Shown: positions 25,518 through 38,645 of the stretch, one piece after another | Layout of the letters: each line of letters begins with the position of its first letter | Numbering within the stretch: the stretch's first letter is position 1 | Origin: Octopus sinensis | Lineage: Eukaryota | Length of the DNA: 64,000 bases | NCBI RefSeq assembly: GCF_006345805.1 | Contig: NC_043002.1 | Span: forward strand, 91,822,001 to 91,886,000 | Direction of reading: 5' to 3' | Position numbers and translations under genes: made by a program | Notes under the pieces: model-generated | Seen by the model: only the letters and a program-made list of their open reading frames with translations | What the model was told of the DNA's origin: nothing | Databases searched by the model: none

Positions 25518-25689
25518 TATATACATATTATACACATATACATATATATATAATATATATATACATATATAATATATATAATACATATATATACATATAC
25601 ATATATATATACATATATATACTATATATATACATATATAACATATATATATATATGTATATATATGTATATATATATATGTATATATA

Positions 25690-28306
25690 ATATGTGAAAT
25701 AGAAAGATGAATAATCTTGTAGTAGATTAATCAACAGTTTAACCGATACATTAGTAGCAAAAATCACAGCAGTAAACAGCACGGTTGGAGGTACAACCAT
25801 CTGGCGTTGCAACCGTGCGGATAATTGAAATTAAACATTATTGGTGAATTGAAGAAATGGAGCTGAACGCAGATTGAACAGAAATCGTTTTATTTCATTC
25901 TCACACGTGTTTCGAAAGGCACAAATTACCAAAATCCGATTGAATATGGGACCATATTGTGTCTTTCTCTTCAGGAAGAAAAAAGGAAATCCGTTGGAAA
26001 AACAAAACAGAACAGAGGCGGAGCAAAAAACAAATCGAACTGTGCTCCTAAGAGCCCATGGCGAACTGTTTTATCAGTGTATGTTGAGAACCGGTGGGCT
26101 GAAGAATTCAACGGGTCAGGCATCGGTCAATCATGTGGGTGAGGGTGTATAGATGTTCTTTGTGACCGAGAATAAAGTTCTGACTATTTAAAGAATATTG
26201 GATGTTTTATAAGTGGCGAGAAAAATCTACTTAGAGACGTGTGTGTGTGTATACTGTTCTATATATGTGTGTGTTGGCGTAGGGGTAGAAAACATTTTTT
26301 GTGTACGTGTGTGCGTTTGATCGTTCGGCTGTCAGTGGCTACTGCCGTGATAACCGTTGGGTGGCAGAAAGAAAAAATAAAAAAATTATATATATATATT
26401 ATGTTTTATGTGTGTGTGTGCTCATCTAAGCCTACCTTGTCAAGGAAACCCCCCTGTGAAAAAACCAAGCCCCGTTTGTCTTACAGGAGTAATTCCCCTT
26501 GCAGTGGTCAATCGTAGATATCTTAAAGGCTATTTCAGAATTTGTTACCAAGGGCTATGGGGTGCCCGGTATTATTTATAAACGCTATTTAAAGGCCAGA
26601 TAAGTGTAACGCCGCCAATGGGGGCATCGAAAAGCCGACTGTAAGAGCCCGTTTACCATCCGGCCTCTGGCAAAAAAATATTCGGAGACACAAAGGTTGC
26701 ACTGTCTTCTGCCCTATCAAATGGGAGGGCCACCGACAAAATTGACCATTCCAGCCTATAGCTTAAGTTCGCATCCTTCAGTCGCCATATTAGCTTACTG
26801 AGTCCCGTGGTCTGGCGCTTGTTCACGTCCCGAAAAGTTGCGTAATGGTTGGAGACACGCAAAGACAATCTTGAGGATGATGCCCCTACATAAGTGAAGG
26901 CATCTGAGTCCGTGTAAACCTTGCATTGGTAAACGGCGTTTTTGATCTTGGAGTTCGCCGACGTGAATCTTAATCTGCTAGGATTGGTTTCTGAAATTAG
27001 AACTGCGTTCCTGTCACTATATTCGTTCCGAGACCTGCAGCCGCTTACTACTCTATTTTCCACTACGTCACTATTAACTATAGGAATAACCCTGATTCTT
27101 CACTATCTATCAGTGTGCAGTCATTGCTACTGCCCGTGGTACTGCTATTGCGGGAAATGATGCTGGGGATGCTAATGGGGCTCTCTACCCTACTCCCATT
27201 GTTACCGTCAACCACAACACCCTATTTATAACTACACCCCTAGTGGGTACTCCCTGGCTGGAGCTGAGATTATGTGTCACTGTACTGGCTCTCATATCAT
27301 TATTACTACTATAATTATTCCTACTGAGCATTAAACCGGGAGCGGAAGAGGCTGGGCCTCCGGAAAAAGGTGATAAGTAGCCTATTATTATGGGAGGCGA
27401 TTATCTGGGCGAGGTTTTTAGTGTTGGAGAAAGCTATCCTAACTTTATGTGAGTTAACCGTGGAGTAATATTTGGAATTTCTGGGGAAGTTATTGGCGAT
27501 GGCTTGTCTAAACATGAGGGGGAGGTTAGTTCTAATCTGCTTACCAAAGGGGATTACAAACCATATATGCTTATTCCTATCAGTGTGATGGGTCGGGGAC
27601 GCCAGCTCTCGCATTCGGGTGGGTGATTCTCGGATGAATAACGGGTCTTGGGTTAGTGTAAGACCTCCCGGACCGATAATTATCCTTGTTCGCTAATTAA
27701 ATGCGGGAGCGACTACCCCGGCATCCGCCGCGCTCCCGTCCTTACTTAAAATGTTAATGTTATTATATACGGCCCTATCCTGATGACCGAATGATGGCAT
27801 CGGAAGGGCCGGATCAATATAAATTACCTTCTGCCTATAACCGGCCTTGGATAGTGCGGCGTTATAAAATTCCGCTTTCTGCATAAAATATCGGCACTGG
27901 CGGACAAGCCAGACACTCTTAGAGAGATGTTTTTAACCAAATTGTCTGTTACGGTTTTGGCATGATTTGAGAAGACACTGACATACTTCAAATTAGTGAA
28001 GGCTTATGGTAAGGGCAGTATGAGTCGCTATTAAGGTTAAGTGTAACGTCTAGGAAATTAGCCTTGGTGAGTTCATTATCAAAAACTATACTCATGCCCA
28101 TTCTATTAAAAAACCTAGCTAACCTGCTCTTAGTTTTCTGCACTATTCTGTTCGTGGTGTGTTTGCAGGTAAAACAGACAATCGTCACGATACAGGCCGC
28201 CCGCGATCTCCGGGAATTGATCGGACAATTCGTAGAGAATATATATTCCGACCAAATCGGCTATCTGCGCACTATCCGAACTACCCATAGGCACACATCA
28301 AATTCA
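25690..28306 (-). mobile_element. 5'-truncated, frameshifted Penelope-like element (RT C-half, GIY-YIG endonuclease, 3' pLTR)
   Basis: FDVPMGSSDSAQIADLVGIYIL, GGLYRDDCLF (about 28180-28205), NFLDVTLNL..YCPYHKP, WFVIPF, NAVYQCKV..YVGASS, terminal CPH motif. Confidence 0.9.
25895..25980 (-). ncRNA. Hammerhead-like motif in the Penelope pLTR, probably inactive
   Basis: CUGAAGA, stem II GAAAGACAC/GUGCCUUUC with inner AAUAUGG/CCAUAUU hairpin, GAAA, palindromic ACACGUGU; position 17 is G or missing. Confidence 0.5.
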
Positions 28307-28314
28307 TATATATG

Positions 28315-28345
<31 letters not shown>

Positions 28346-28502
28346 GTTATATATTATATTCTATATATTATATATATAATATATTTATATATATATATGT
28401 ATATATATATATATAATAATGTATATATATATATGTATATATATATATGTATATATATATATGTATTATATATTACAACACAACATATATATATGTATAT
28501 AT

Positions 28503-29330
28503 ACATTACAACACAACTATACTGGTCCAGGAGGGATCGAAATCCCAGTATCGAAATCAATACGGGACCTGGGGATAGACATGAGTGACGATGCATCTTT
28601 TCCTTCACACATCGCGAAGGTGGCGACAATGTGCAGACGACTCACTGGCTGGATCCTGAGGACATTCCGGACAAGAGACTGCGAGACCATGTTGACACTA
28701 TGGAGGACATTTGTCCTAAGCCGCCTGGACTACTGCTCCCAACTGTGGTCACGCATAGTGTCAAACTAACCACAGAGCTTGAGACAATCCAAAGACATTT
28801 CACCAAGAGGATTTCCACCATGAAAGAAAAGACTATATGGGAGGGCTTAGGGAACTCAATTTGTACTCCTTGGAACGAAGACGAGAGAGATATGCAGTGA
28901 TATACATATGGAAAATCCTGGAGGGACTAGCACCAATTTTGGAATTGAGAGCTGTTCCAATCCCCGTACAGGACGTCACTGTGTGGTGCCAAAGGTCCCG
29001 TCTTCCACATCCAGGGTAAGGAGCAGATACTGTAATAGCCTGGGTTCAGGGGCCTCAGCTGTTCAACAAACTGCCAAGAAAACTAAGAGATCTACATGAT
29101 GCGGATGTGGACATTTTCAAAAAACATCTAGACAACCTGCTTTCCGGGATCCCAGATGAACCCACTGCAAGTACGAAGGTAACCTAAGGGCAGCAACTAC
29201 AAACTCTCTCATAGATCAGTGGCCAGCCACGGCAAACTGGACTTAGAGAGGGTAGCAACAAGGGCGGTGCCCCAGCATGGCCTCAGCCGGATGGCTGAAA
29301 CAAGTAAAAGAGTAAAAGAGTAAAAGAGTA
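28503..29330 (+). mobile_element. 5'-truncated CR1-type LINE (RT C-terminus and 3' UTR)
   Basis: RDLGIDMSDDASF..HI, WILRTFRTRD..VLSRLDYCSQLWS, LNLYSLERRRERY, DEP..RAATTNSLIDQ; tail GGCGGTGCCCCAGCATGGCC...GAAACA(AGTAAAAG)n. Confidence 0.9.
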
Positions 29331-29388
29331 TATATGTATATATAATATGTATATATATATATATATATATTATATATACATATATATG

Positions 29389-29437
<49 letters not shown>

Positions 29438-29522
29438 TATATACATATACTTATTATACATATATATATGTATATATATATACATATGTGTATATATATA
29501 TACATGTTTATGTATATATGCG

Positions 29523-29566
<44 letters not shown>

Positions 29567-30099
29567 ATATATATATATACAACTTGAATATTGACTTCTT
29601 GATCCCTGTCCGATAGTTAATTACTTAAATCATATTATATAATATTATTGTAATTCAACCCTTATATAGATAACACTTCCAGAGTTGAGATTTCTGGACG
29701 TCAAGGTATATCAATATGTTTGTCCGTATAAATAATGTAAATATAGATACGTATTTTCTCAAACGCCAAACGCCCATGAGGCAATGTGTTACTTCCGTCA
29801 TCAATCACTGAATGTTGAGGGAAAGAAAAGACGAACCTCTTGGTGGATCGGGTATTACGTAATCACGAACAAAACCCTATCATATACAATACTTATTCTC
29901 GACTACTAGTTTAACTGACGTAAATAAACTTCGCTTTAAGTAATGCTAATATAACGTTTTTAAGGAACTGAATTCGTAGCACATGAACTAGTAATTTTTC
30001 TCATCGCAATTTTGCATTAAATGCTCAAGATAATTCTAAAAGCATAACCATGAAAAGTATTTTAAATAGTAAATATTGAACAAAGAAAATTAGTATACC

Positions 30100-30590
30100 A
30101 ATCAACAAAACATGAAAACTGAATTACTTATACATGAAAACATTCCTGTAAATCCACCCATCTTCCCATTCAAGAGATTCAAGAGAGAAGAACCACGCCC
30201 ATGATACATTGTGAGGTATACAATTGGTAAAAATATATCAAACAGAAAGCAACAATTTAATAAGGTGTGGGTTGAAAACCATTTACAGTAGCACTCCTGT
30301 TGGAATTCTACATTTGCAAAAGCTTTTAGTTAAGTTGAACTGCCAATTATGTTTATACTAGCCAAGAATTTCTTCATATTTCAGAGTAAGACGACACATG
30401 ACAAGACATCCAAAGTTCAATGCCGTTCCTATATCGTTGATCTCAAATGGCAATTCAGAATTTTCTTTTGAATAGGATGAACTTTTTGTAAAACAGATGT
30501 CGCTCCAAGACAACAAAGGCACCGACAAAATGGCGATTAAAGTGATTACAATAAATATCAGAGGTTATTCTTCTGACATCTAGGAATGTT
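30100..30590 (+). mobile_element. Possible decayed L1/Tx1 ORF1-ORF2 junction
   Basis: ATGGCGATTAAAGTGATTACAATAAATATCAGAGGT = MAIKVITINIRG near 30530, resembling an APE endonuclease start; stops follow. Confidence 0.3.
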
Positions 30591-31860
30591 ACTGAACATT
30601 GTAGACTACATGTGTTCTAAAAGCAAATGAACTCTCCGATCAAGAAGTTGAATTGCTAATGCGCCGCTTATTGTTCGGTCGAAACCTTTCTGTTTGTATT
30701 CCTGTCTCAGTATCAACAATCCTGTAACACTTAAGCTATCAGGATATCATAATATATGAACTATGCATTCAAAGAATATTACTATAATACGTCTATCATA
30801 TCTTTGTCATTTCGTAAATATTTCGTTAAATGAACTGAAGATTATCGAATTATAATGTTCACAAACACTGTATTTTTAGGGCACATAGTAAGAAAAAAAA
30901 AGGATTAAAATTTAAGTGGAACTGAACTGTACTACAAATCCACCCATAATCGCAGTGGGAAGGATCCTTCAATGCTGCATATGAAAGAGAGAACTGCCAA
31001 TACGAGAGAGTTTGGTCTTCACTCCACACTTTTTGATATTAAAATAAAAGCCTGACACAACATCTATAGTAACACGAACCAAAACAATTTTACTGTTACT
31101 AAACACTATGATGTAGAATTTATTCCTTTATAGGGTGCCAGCCAGTTTGTAAGAATACAATGCATAAAACACACAGTGTGTGTGTGTATACCATTGTATT
31201 AACTAGCGCTAATGCTGAAAATACGAAACGCCCTCAGCAATGTTCCCGCACAGATCTATACACGTCTTTCCATACATCGCTTTTTTTCTCCGTTTACTAA
31301 TATCATTGTAAGTAACGCAAGATATTGTTCCTACTATTATGTATTATTTATTAGCTCCATATCTATAAGTAAGACACGTTTCTGTATGTTTTACGTCCTT
31401 ATCATGGAGTTAGAGAACAACAGACAGCGATACATTTTCTTTTTATTTCGCAATATAACTAGAGTGGTTAATTGTTCATCTATAACTTCGTATGAGAGGA
31501 ACTCATATTAAAATCATGTTGCTACTTCTTGCACTTTGTCTTTTTTCTTCTCTCAATAGCACCAATATCATATACACATATACATGTATGTGTGTGTGAG
31601 AGAGAGAGAGAGAGAGAGTTTCTTTACGTGTGTTTGCGAATGCTTCTTTTATATTTTATTTGTCCCAGTCGTTAGATTGCGACCATGCTGGGGCACCGCC
31701 TTGATGAATTTTTAGTCGAATGAATTGACACTTTTCTCAGAGCTTAGTACTTATTCTATCGGTCGCTTTTGCCGAGGTTCTAGATACGATGATTTTGATA
31801 CACCAATAACAGGTGGGGACGAACACGAACACAGACGCAGACCCCCCCCCACACACACAC

Positions 31861-31894
<34 letters not shown>

Positions 31895-32725
31895 GCATTT
31901 TTTTTATCTCTTGTTTCAGTCTTTTGACCGGGGCCATGATGGAGCACCGCTTTCAAGGGTCTTAGTCGGACAGATCAACCTCAGAACTGCTTGTTTTAAG
32001 CTTAGTACTTAGTCTCTCTGTCTCTTTTGCCGAACCGCTAAGTTATTTAGCTGCCACCAAAGCTTAAATGAGATTAATTTTGTTATATGTCTTTCTTCTT
32101 TAGTAATACTATGAGAACTAAAACGTAGTCTTCTCTCTGTTATTGGCATTGTTGCGGTTGGTGGTTTTATTATAATTTTAACTCATGTGGTTATTCTTAC
32201 ACCATCCGGAGCCCAACAACTTGATTTGGCTGAATGAAATGTATATAGTTTATCCAGAGTATCCAGAAGAACACAACAGGAATTTATCGTATTCTGCCCT
32301 GATAAATCGCCGAAACACGGTTGTTGCTGAGCAGTATTAAACTTTATAATAATTATAGAGATTGTTCATCTCTATTGATATTTTAATATAGACTCAGCAA
32401 CATAAATCCGGTGTACGTTGCAGGAACAAGTGTTATGATCTACTTTTGAAGCCTGATATCTTCTACCCTCGTATTATATTATCCTTCATCTTGGTCAAGT
32501 GTTTTCATCTATAGCTTCGGACCGACCAAAGCCTTGTGAGTGAATTTGGTTGAGAGAAACTGAAAGAAGCCCGTCATATATATATTTATAAGGAAAGTAG
32601 GGATGAAAACTTTATTATTGCAGTGGCGTACTCCGGATGAATGGTAACAGTAATCTGTAGGTGTAAAAGTCCAGGAATTGGTTATCCAAGTCAGTCAGAT
32701 GGCCGGGATCCGTGTGAGCGTGCAG

Positions 32726-33057
32726 TATATAAAGTTAATCCAAACATGAAAACACAAAGAGGAAACACAACAACGCGAAGACGTGGAACAAGCACAGTGT
32801 TACTGAACGCTCAGGAAAGGAAAGAAAGAATCAATATATGACCGCGTGTGTATCGTTGGCGATTTTTTTTCCTCCGTCTTCCCTCCCTTGGATCTTCCCC
32901 TTTTCTATGTTTCTGACGAAGAGCTCCGCTCGAAACGTTAAATCCTCCTTCTTTCTTTCCTTTCCTGAGCGTCCAATAACACTGTACTTGTTCCACGACG
33001 TCCTCGCGTTGTTGTGCTTTCTCTTTGTGTTTTCATGTTTGGATTAACTTTATATAT
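32726..33057 (+). mobile_element. Fold-back element: about 105-bp inverted arms (32726-32830 and 32949-33057) around a hammerhead-bearing pLTR-like unit
   Basis: Arms align as reverse complements with few differences; unit 32836-33057 recurs without the arm at 35977-36170 and 63683-63897. Confidence 0.85.
32909..32943 (+). ncRNA. Minimal type I hammerhead ribozyme-like motif
   Basis: GUUU-CUGACGA-A-GAGC UCC GCUC-GAAA-CG-UU-AAAU; one extra nucleotide after the core; palindromic ACGU stem III. Confidence 0.6.
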
Positions 33058-33424
33058 ATACTAGCTGAACTACCCGGAAAAGCAGTTACCACTACACTGT
33101 AGGTTAGTTGTGAGAGGTTGGATCTGGTCAATTTGATCATAAAGCAGGTAGAATATTTTGGCCGGTTTAAATGCCAAAAGGTTAATTTCAGTTGTGCTCT
33201 TCTGGGCACTCTGGGCAAACGCTGTACATTTCATTCAACCAATCAAGTTGTCAGTTTCCGAGTAACATAAGAATAACCATATGAGTTATGTTCCCTGTTC
33301 AGTGACCGTTTTAGTTTTGCTCCCATTCCTATATCCAATCCTATGCCAATATATAAATTTTAGAATCGGTTAGGTGTAATTAAGCCATTAAATATTTTAT
33401 TAACCTTTATAAAAATAAAACGTC

Positions 33425-33724
33425 GCCTTTTTAAGCCTAGCCAGGCTCTTAGGCCCCCTTTCCCGGTTTCTGTGGCGTATGTGTTCCCCCCAGCTGGACG
33501 GGACGCCAGTCCATCGCAGCGTTACTCAAGAAACAGGAAGAGAGAGTGAGAGAAAGTTGTGGCGAAAGAGTACAACAGGGGTCACCACCTTCCCTGCTGG
33601 AGCCTCGTGGAGCTTTTAGGTGTTTTCGCTCAATAAACACACACAACGCCCGGTCTGGGAATCGAAAGCGCGATCCTCCGACCGCGATTCCGTTGCCCTA
33701 ACCACTGGGTCATTGCGCCTCCAC
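33425..33724 (-). mobile_element. SINE family R with tail module b
   Basis: Head TGGAGGCGCAATGACCCAGTGG; tail GCGATGGACTGGCGTCCCGTCCAGCTG; probable 12-bp TSD ATTAAC(C/A)TTTAT. Confidence 0.85.
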
Positions 33725-34269
33725 ATTAACATTTATGATAATAGTTTATTGCTAAAAATAGATTTTTTTATTTTAACAAACGAATATGCACCAGAGTAAA
33801 ATAAATGAGTTGACCGGTAACACCTATTTCTTTATTGCCCACAAGGGGCTAAACATAGAGGGGACAAACAAGGATAGACATAGGTATTAAGTCGATAACT
33901 TCGACTCAGTACAAAACTGGTACTTAATTTATCGACTCCGAAAGGATGAAAGGCAAAGTCGACCCCGACGGAATTTGAACTCACAACTTAACGACAGACG
34001 AAATACGGCTACGCATTTCGCCCGGCGTGCTAACGTTTCTGCCAGCTCGCCGCCTTGACCGGTAATACCGGTAAAGCGGAGGTTATTCCCAGTCCACGTT
34101 TACATTACTCTGTTCCATGTCATATCCTATTTCCTGTTCAGTTCCCGTCTTTATGCTCAACCGGTCGTTTATGGTAATAATTCATTGCTAAAATAGGTAT
34201 TACAAGCTATTAATTCGATTAGTGGGTGAATAAGGAATGTCCCTAAGTTATTTTAACAAACGAATATAC

Positions 34270-34725
34270 GGATCTTTTCGGTTTGAACGGCAGTTTTTTC
34301 TAGCGGTGTCATATGAAATTGTCACCCATAATTATGACCCTCGTATCGATCTATTACATTTCAATCTGTTTTAGGGTTAGGGTTAGTTAGGGTTAGGGTT
34401 AGGGTTAGCGTTAGCGTTAGGAGTGGGGAGAAGGCTATCTTTTTTTCTTCACAAATGTAAATAAACCCAATCTGTTTCTTAAACGAGGGACATATTCATA
34501 CGGCACAGAATGTTTTTTTTTACCTCAATAGACGTCAGTGATTGGTTGAAATTGCAGAAATTGAAGAGAAAAAAACAACAAATATCTTACAAACTATAGA
34601 ATTTTCTCAATAAAGCCAAGAGAAAAAGATGTTTTATAAACTCATTCTACCAGTATATGAAGTTTTAAATTTTTCAGTTACCTAGAAATCATGTTAAAAA
34701 CTGCCGTTCAAACCGAAAGGGATCC
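34270..34725. mobile_element. MITE with about 30-bp TIRs and 8-bp TSD, carrying TTAGGG repeats
   Basis: TIR GGATCTTTTCGGTTTGAACGGCAGTTTTT and its complement; TSD GAATATAC at 34262-34269 and 34726-34733. Confidence 0.9.
34371..34421 (+). repeat. Interstitial telomere-like (TTAGGG)n with TTAGCG variants
   Basis: Directly visible inside the MITE. Confidence 0.9.
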
Positions 34726-35904
34726 GAATATACATCTGAGTAAAACAAATTAGATAGATAGGTAGATTTATATATACATTGACAAATAGTCCGCGTTGTC
34801 GCCTGTCGTAGCTTATCGTAGCGTTGCCGTATCTCGCGTTGCGCAATGAAAATGATGAAGATTCTATAGTGATTTGGATTTAATTCATCAAATTAATCCC
34901 ACAGTGAAACCTATTTCCAGATCATTAGTCATAATATTGTTCCATGTCCTATCCACGAATCCTGCAGCTGACCATGTCTTTATTGTGACCTTAGTGTGAC
35001 GTACAGGCGGTGCAAGCAGAATTGTTTTCCTATTGGAAAGCTGAGTTGTTCTCACAAAGGTCGCACGTTCTTTACACGAAGGAGTGCATGGTTGAGCCTT
35101 ACAAAAATCTTACTTCATTCATATCAGTAGGTGTGTTACTGATTTGTAAACATGTGCTACAGCCCTCCCCAGGGGGCCCATTATAGATTTTTATTAACAC
35201 CCAATTAGCCTATTATTCAACTGGATGTTAGTTTAACATGTATACAAAACTTCGTCAGATTTTTTTCACTGGTATAGGCAGCAAGATGGTACCTGACAGA
35301 CAGACAGAAACTGCCATTTATGTATTATACACACACACACATATGTATTAGATATGTGTGCGTATGTGAGTATGTCTTTGTGTCTGTGTTTGTCCCCCGC
35401 ACCATTACCACCACGTGACAACCGGTGCTGGTGTGTTTGTGTCCTCGTAACTTAGCGGTTCGGTAGAAGAGACCGATAAACTAAGTACCAGGCTTTAAGA
35501 AATTAATCCTGGAGTCGATTTGTTCAACTAAAGGACTCGAGGCGGTGCCCCAGCCAAATGACTGAAACAAGTAGAAAGAAAATATGTGTGTGTGTGTGTG
35601 TATGTGTATGTGTGTGTGTAGTAAAGGCCCCACCCTCTCCGTGGCACATGTCCGGGCAAGACTGTTTATGGAAGACCAACAATCAGCCATGCATACCAGC
35701 CTCCCTTTACGCCAACGATGTTATCAATGTGAAAGTCAAAATTCGATACACCTTGGCACCAGTGACGTCGCAACTCACTACTACAGGTGAGTGAACTGGA
35801 GCCACGTGAAATAAAAAGGCTTGCTCAAGAACACAACATACAGCCACACGATTATGTGCCCGACGCTCCAGCCAGAGTCATGCGTCTTTACTTTTTACTT
35901 TTAG

Positions 35905-35954
<50 letters not shown>

Positions 35955-35976
35955 GGGGGGAGAGAGAGAAAGAGAG

Positions 35977-36170
35977 ATTTAATCCAAACAGGAAAAAGAG
36001 AAAACACAACAAAGTGAGGACGTGGAACACGTATAGTGTTATTGGACGCTCAGGAAAAGAAAGAGAGAAAGGAGGATTTAACGTTTCGAGCGGAGCTCCT
36101 CGTCAGAAATATAGAAAAAAGAAGTCCAAGGAAGGGGAGACGGAGAAGAAAATCACCAACGATACACACG
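35977..36170 (-). mobile_element. Solo copy of the hammerhead-bearing pLTR-like unit
   Basis: Homologous to 32836-33057; hammerhead at 36077-36110 reads AUUU-CUGACGA-G-GAGCUCCGCUC-GAAACGUU-AAAU. Confidence 0.8.
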
Positions 36171-36173
36171 TTG

Positions 36174-36211
<38 letters not shown>

Positions 36212-37020
36212 TGAATATATATACATATATATATACATATATATATATTGTTTGAAGTAATATGCAGATTTTATATATTAAGAAAAAGGAGGTAGTCAGA
36301 TTTTTGGATAATTCTTCATTAGCGCTTGAGCCTTATTCCTGGAAGCTCCTCGAATATGCTTTACAGAAAATTTCTTTGCCTTTTATACAAATCTTTTTTT
36401 GTTTTTTTTTGTTATCTATATGTCTGCGTATATAGAAAAAGAAAAAAAGAAGATGTAAGAAAGAGAGAGAGGTGGGGTAGGAAGAAAGAGATGAACGTTG
36501 AACGAGAGACAGACCATAGAATATTCATACGTGACATCATACACATTTCTTTTCAGAAAGAAATTAAACGAAGACAAAACAAGCAAACAAATACCAACAC
36601 ATATACATCGCGATAAAATGCTCCAATTTGTCAAGTGTATGCTACGATGAATTGAAAATTATTAACCCATATATTTAACGATCTGTGAGGTTTAATCGAG
36701 ACTTCCTGTTAGAAAAGGCATTAAGGTAACCAACCGTAGCAATTCCAAAGATTATTGTACTTTTCTATAAACTCACTAATCAAGTAGGCTATTTTGTATT
36801 TATTTCAAATCGACACTGGTTTAGATATCCTCTGTTATTGTTGTACTAGTGTGATCGTGTTTGTACCCTAGATTTTATTATTGCTGTTTAAATATGATCA
36901 TTTACTATCTAGATTTTTGGAGTGACACCTTTTAAATTCTGGGGTGAATTCACGAAATGCTATTGTTCCTGGGAAGTATCTCCCCCTTACTCTGATAAAC
37001 AGGAATAAACGTTATATATA

Positions 37021-38645
37021 CATATACATACATACATCATACATACATACATAATGGAAGTCTCTCGGGGTTCGACAATAACGTCAGTAACGCCGGAGGT
37101 GGGAGCGGAACCCAAAGGCCGACGCGCAGACGCGGCCACATGTTGGGCACGTAACAGCAGAAATAGGGTTGGTGATCCTCTCTTTTCGGGCTTGTCGCTT
37201 CTGGTCCAGGCTCTTGAGGCGCTTTTCCTCGAACAGCCTAACACCCTTTTGGACAGCTGGACGCCAGGCGCCGCGGTCAGAGGCAAGTGATTCCCAACCA
37301 CGGGCTGAAATGCTGCAGGCCTCAAAGGAACTTTTCAGGCTGTCCTTCCAAGGTTTCAGTAGCCTTCCAATGTTTCTTGCACCAGAAACCAGCTCAAAGA
37401 AGATCATCTTTGGTAGACGCGCATCGTCCATTCGGACTACATGTCCGACCCACTGGAGCTGGGCCTTCAGGATGAGGGCTTCGATCCCGGGCATTTCGGC
37501 TATGCGAAGCACCATAGTGTTGGAGACATTGTCCTCCCAGGAAATTCCCATTATTCGACGCAAGCAGCGGAGGTGGAACTGGTTAAGTACTCGCATTTGC
37601 CTCCTATACAGTGTCCACGTCCCACAGCCGTAGAGCAGAGAGGTGCTGACGACTGCTCCATAGACTGCCAGCTTGGTGGAAAGTCTGATGCCTCGTTCGG
37701 CTCACGTGTCCAAAGTCTGCCAAACGGAGCTTGTGCTCTTGCAAGCCTCGTGGAGACATCTTTGTCCATGCTGTAGTTTGAGGACAGACAGCTTCCCAGG
37801 TATGTAAAGCTCTCGACGTTGTTCAGAGTTGTGCCCTCAATCTCAATCTGAGGCCCAGGAGGTGTCAGACTAGGTGCAGGCTAAAGCATCACTTCAGTTT
37901 TTCGCAGGCTAATGGTCAGTTCGAAGGATTTTGCTGCTTCTGCGAGAAAAGTGGAAAGTTCTTGTAGGTCTGGTTCATTCAATGCTGCAAGCGCACAATC
38001 GTCTGCAACAGGAAGTCTCTCACAAGGGCGTCCAGGACTTTGATTTTTACCTTCAGACTCTGATGTCAAAGAATCGGGTTCACATCTGTAGCGAATAGTG
38101 ACACCAGCATCATACTTTGACAGGGTGCGGAAGAGCATGGTGGCAAACATGAGGCTAAAGAGTGTCGGAACCATCACGCAGTTTTGATTCACGCCATTGG
38201 GGATCGGGAATGGATCAGAGACATCTCTGTTTTCAATGCGAGCTATCACGCCATCATGACATGACTGGATGATCCTGATGAGCTTTGGTGGGCAGCCTAG
38301 ATTGGACAAGATATCCCACACGCCCTCTCAGCTGACAGTGCCAAAAGCTTTCGTCAGGTCCATGAAGAGGATATAGAGGTTCTGGTTTTGTTCTGCAAAG
38401 ACCATGTCTGTTGTTCCCCTGTTGTTTCAAATCCACACTAGCTCTCTCTGAAACCATGTCGTCCAGCAGGTGGTGTGTGATATGGTTCAGAAAAACGCAG
38501 GCCATAATCTTTCCTGCGATGCTCAGCAATGAGGTGCTTCTGTGGTTGACACATGAAACTCTGTCCCCCTTGTTCTTGTACAGATGCACGATGTTGGCAT
38601 CCTTGAAGTCCTGCGGCACTGACCCATCGTCCCTGAACTACTGTA
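37021..38645 (-). mobile_element. 5'-truncated RTE (BovB-like) LINE, frameshifted RT and C-terminal zinc finger, (TATG)n tail
   Basis: PQDFKDANIVHLYKNKGDR, GCPPKLIRII, ADDCAL, FHLRCLRRIMGISWEDNVSN, LQWVGHVVRMDDARLPK, CPTCGRVCASAFGFRSHLR. Confidence 0.92.
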
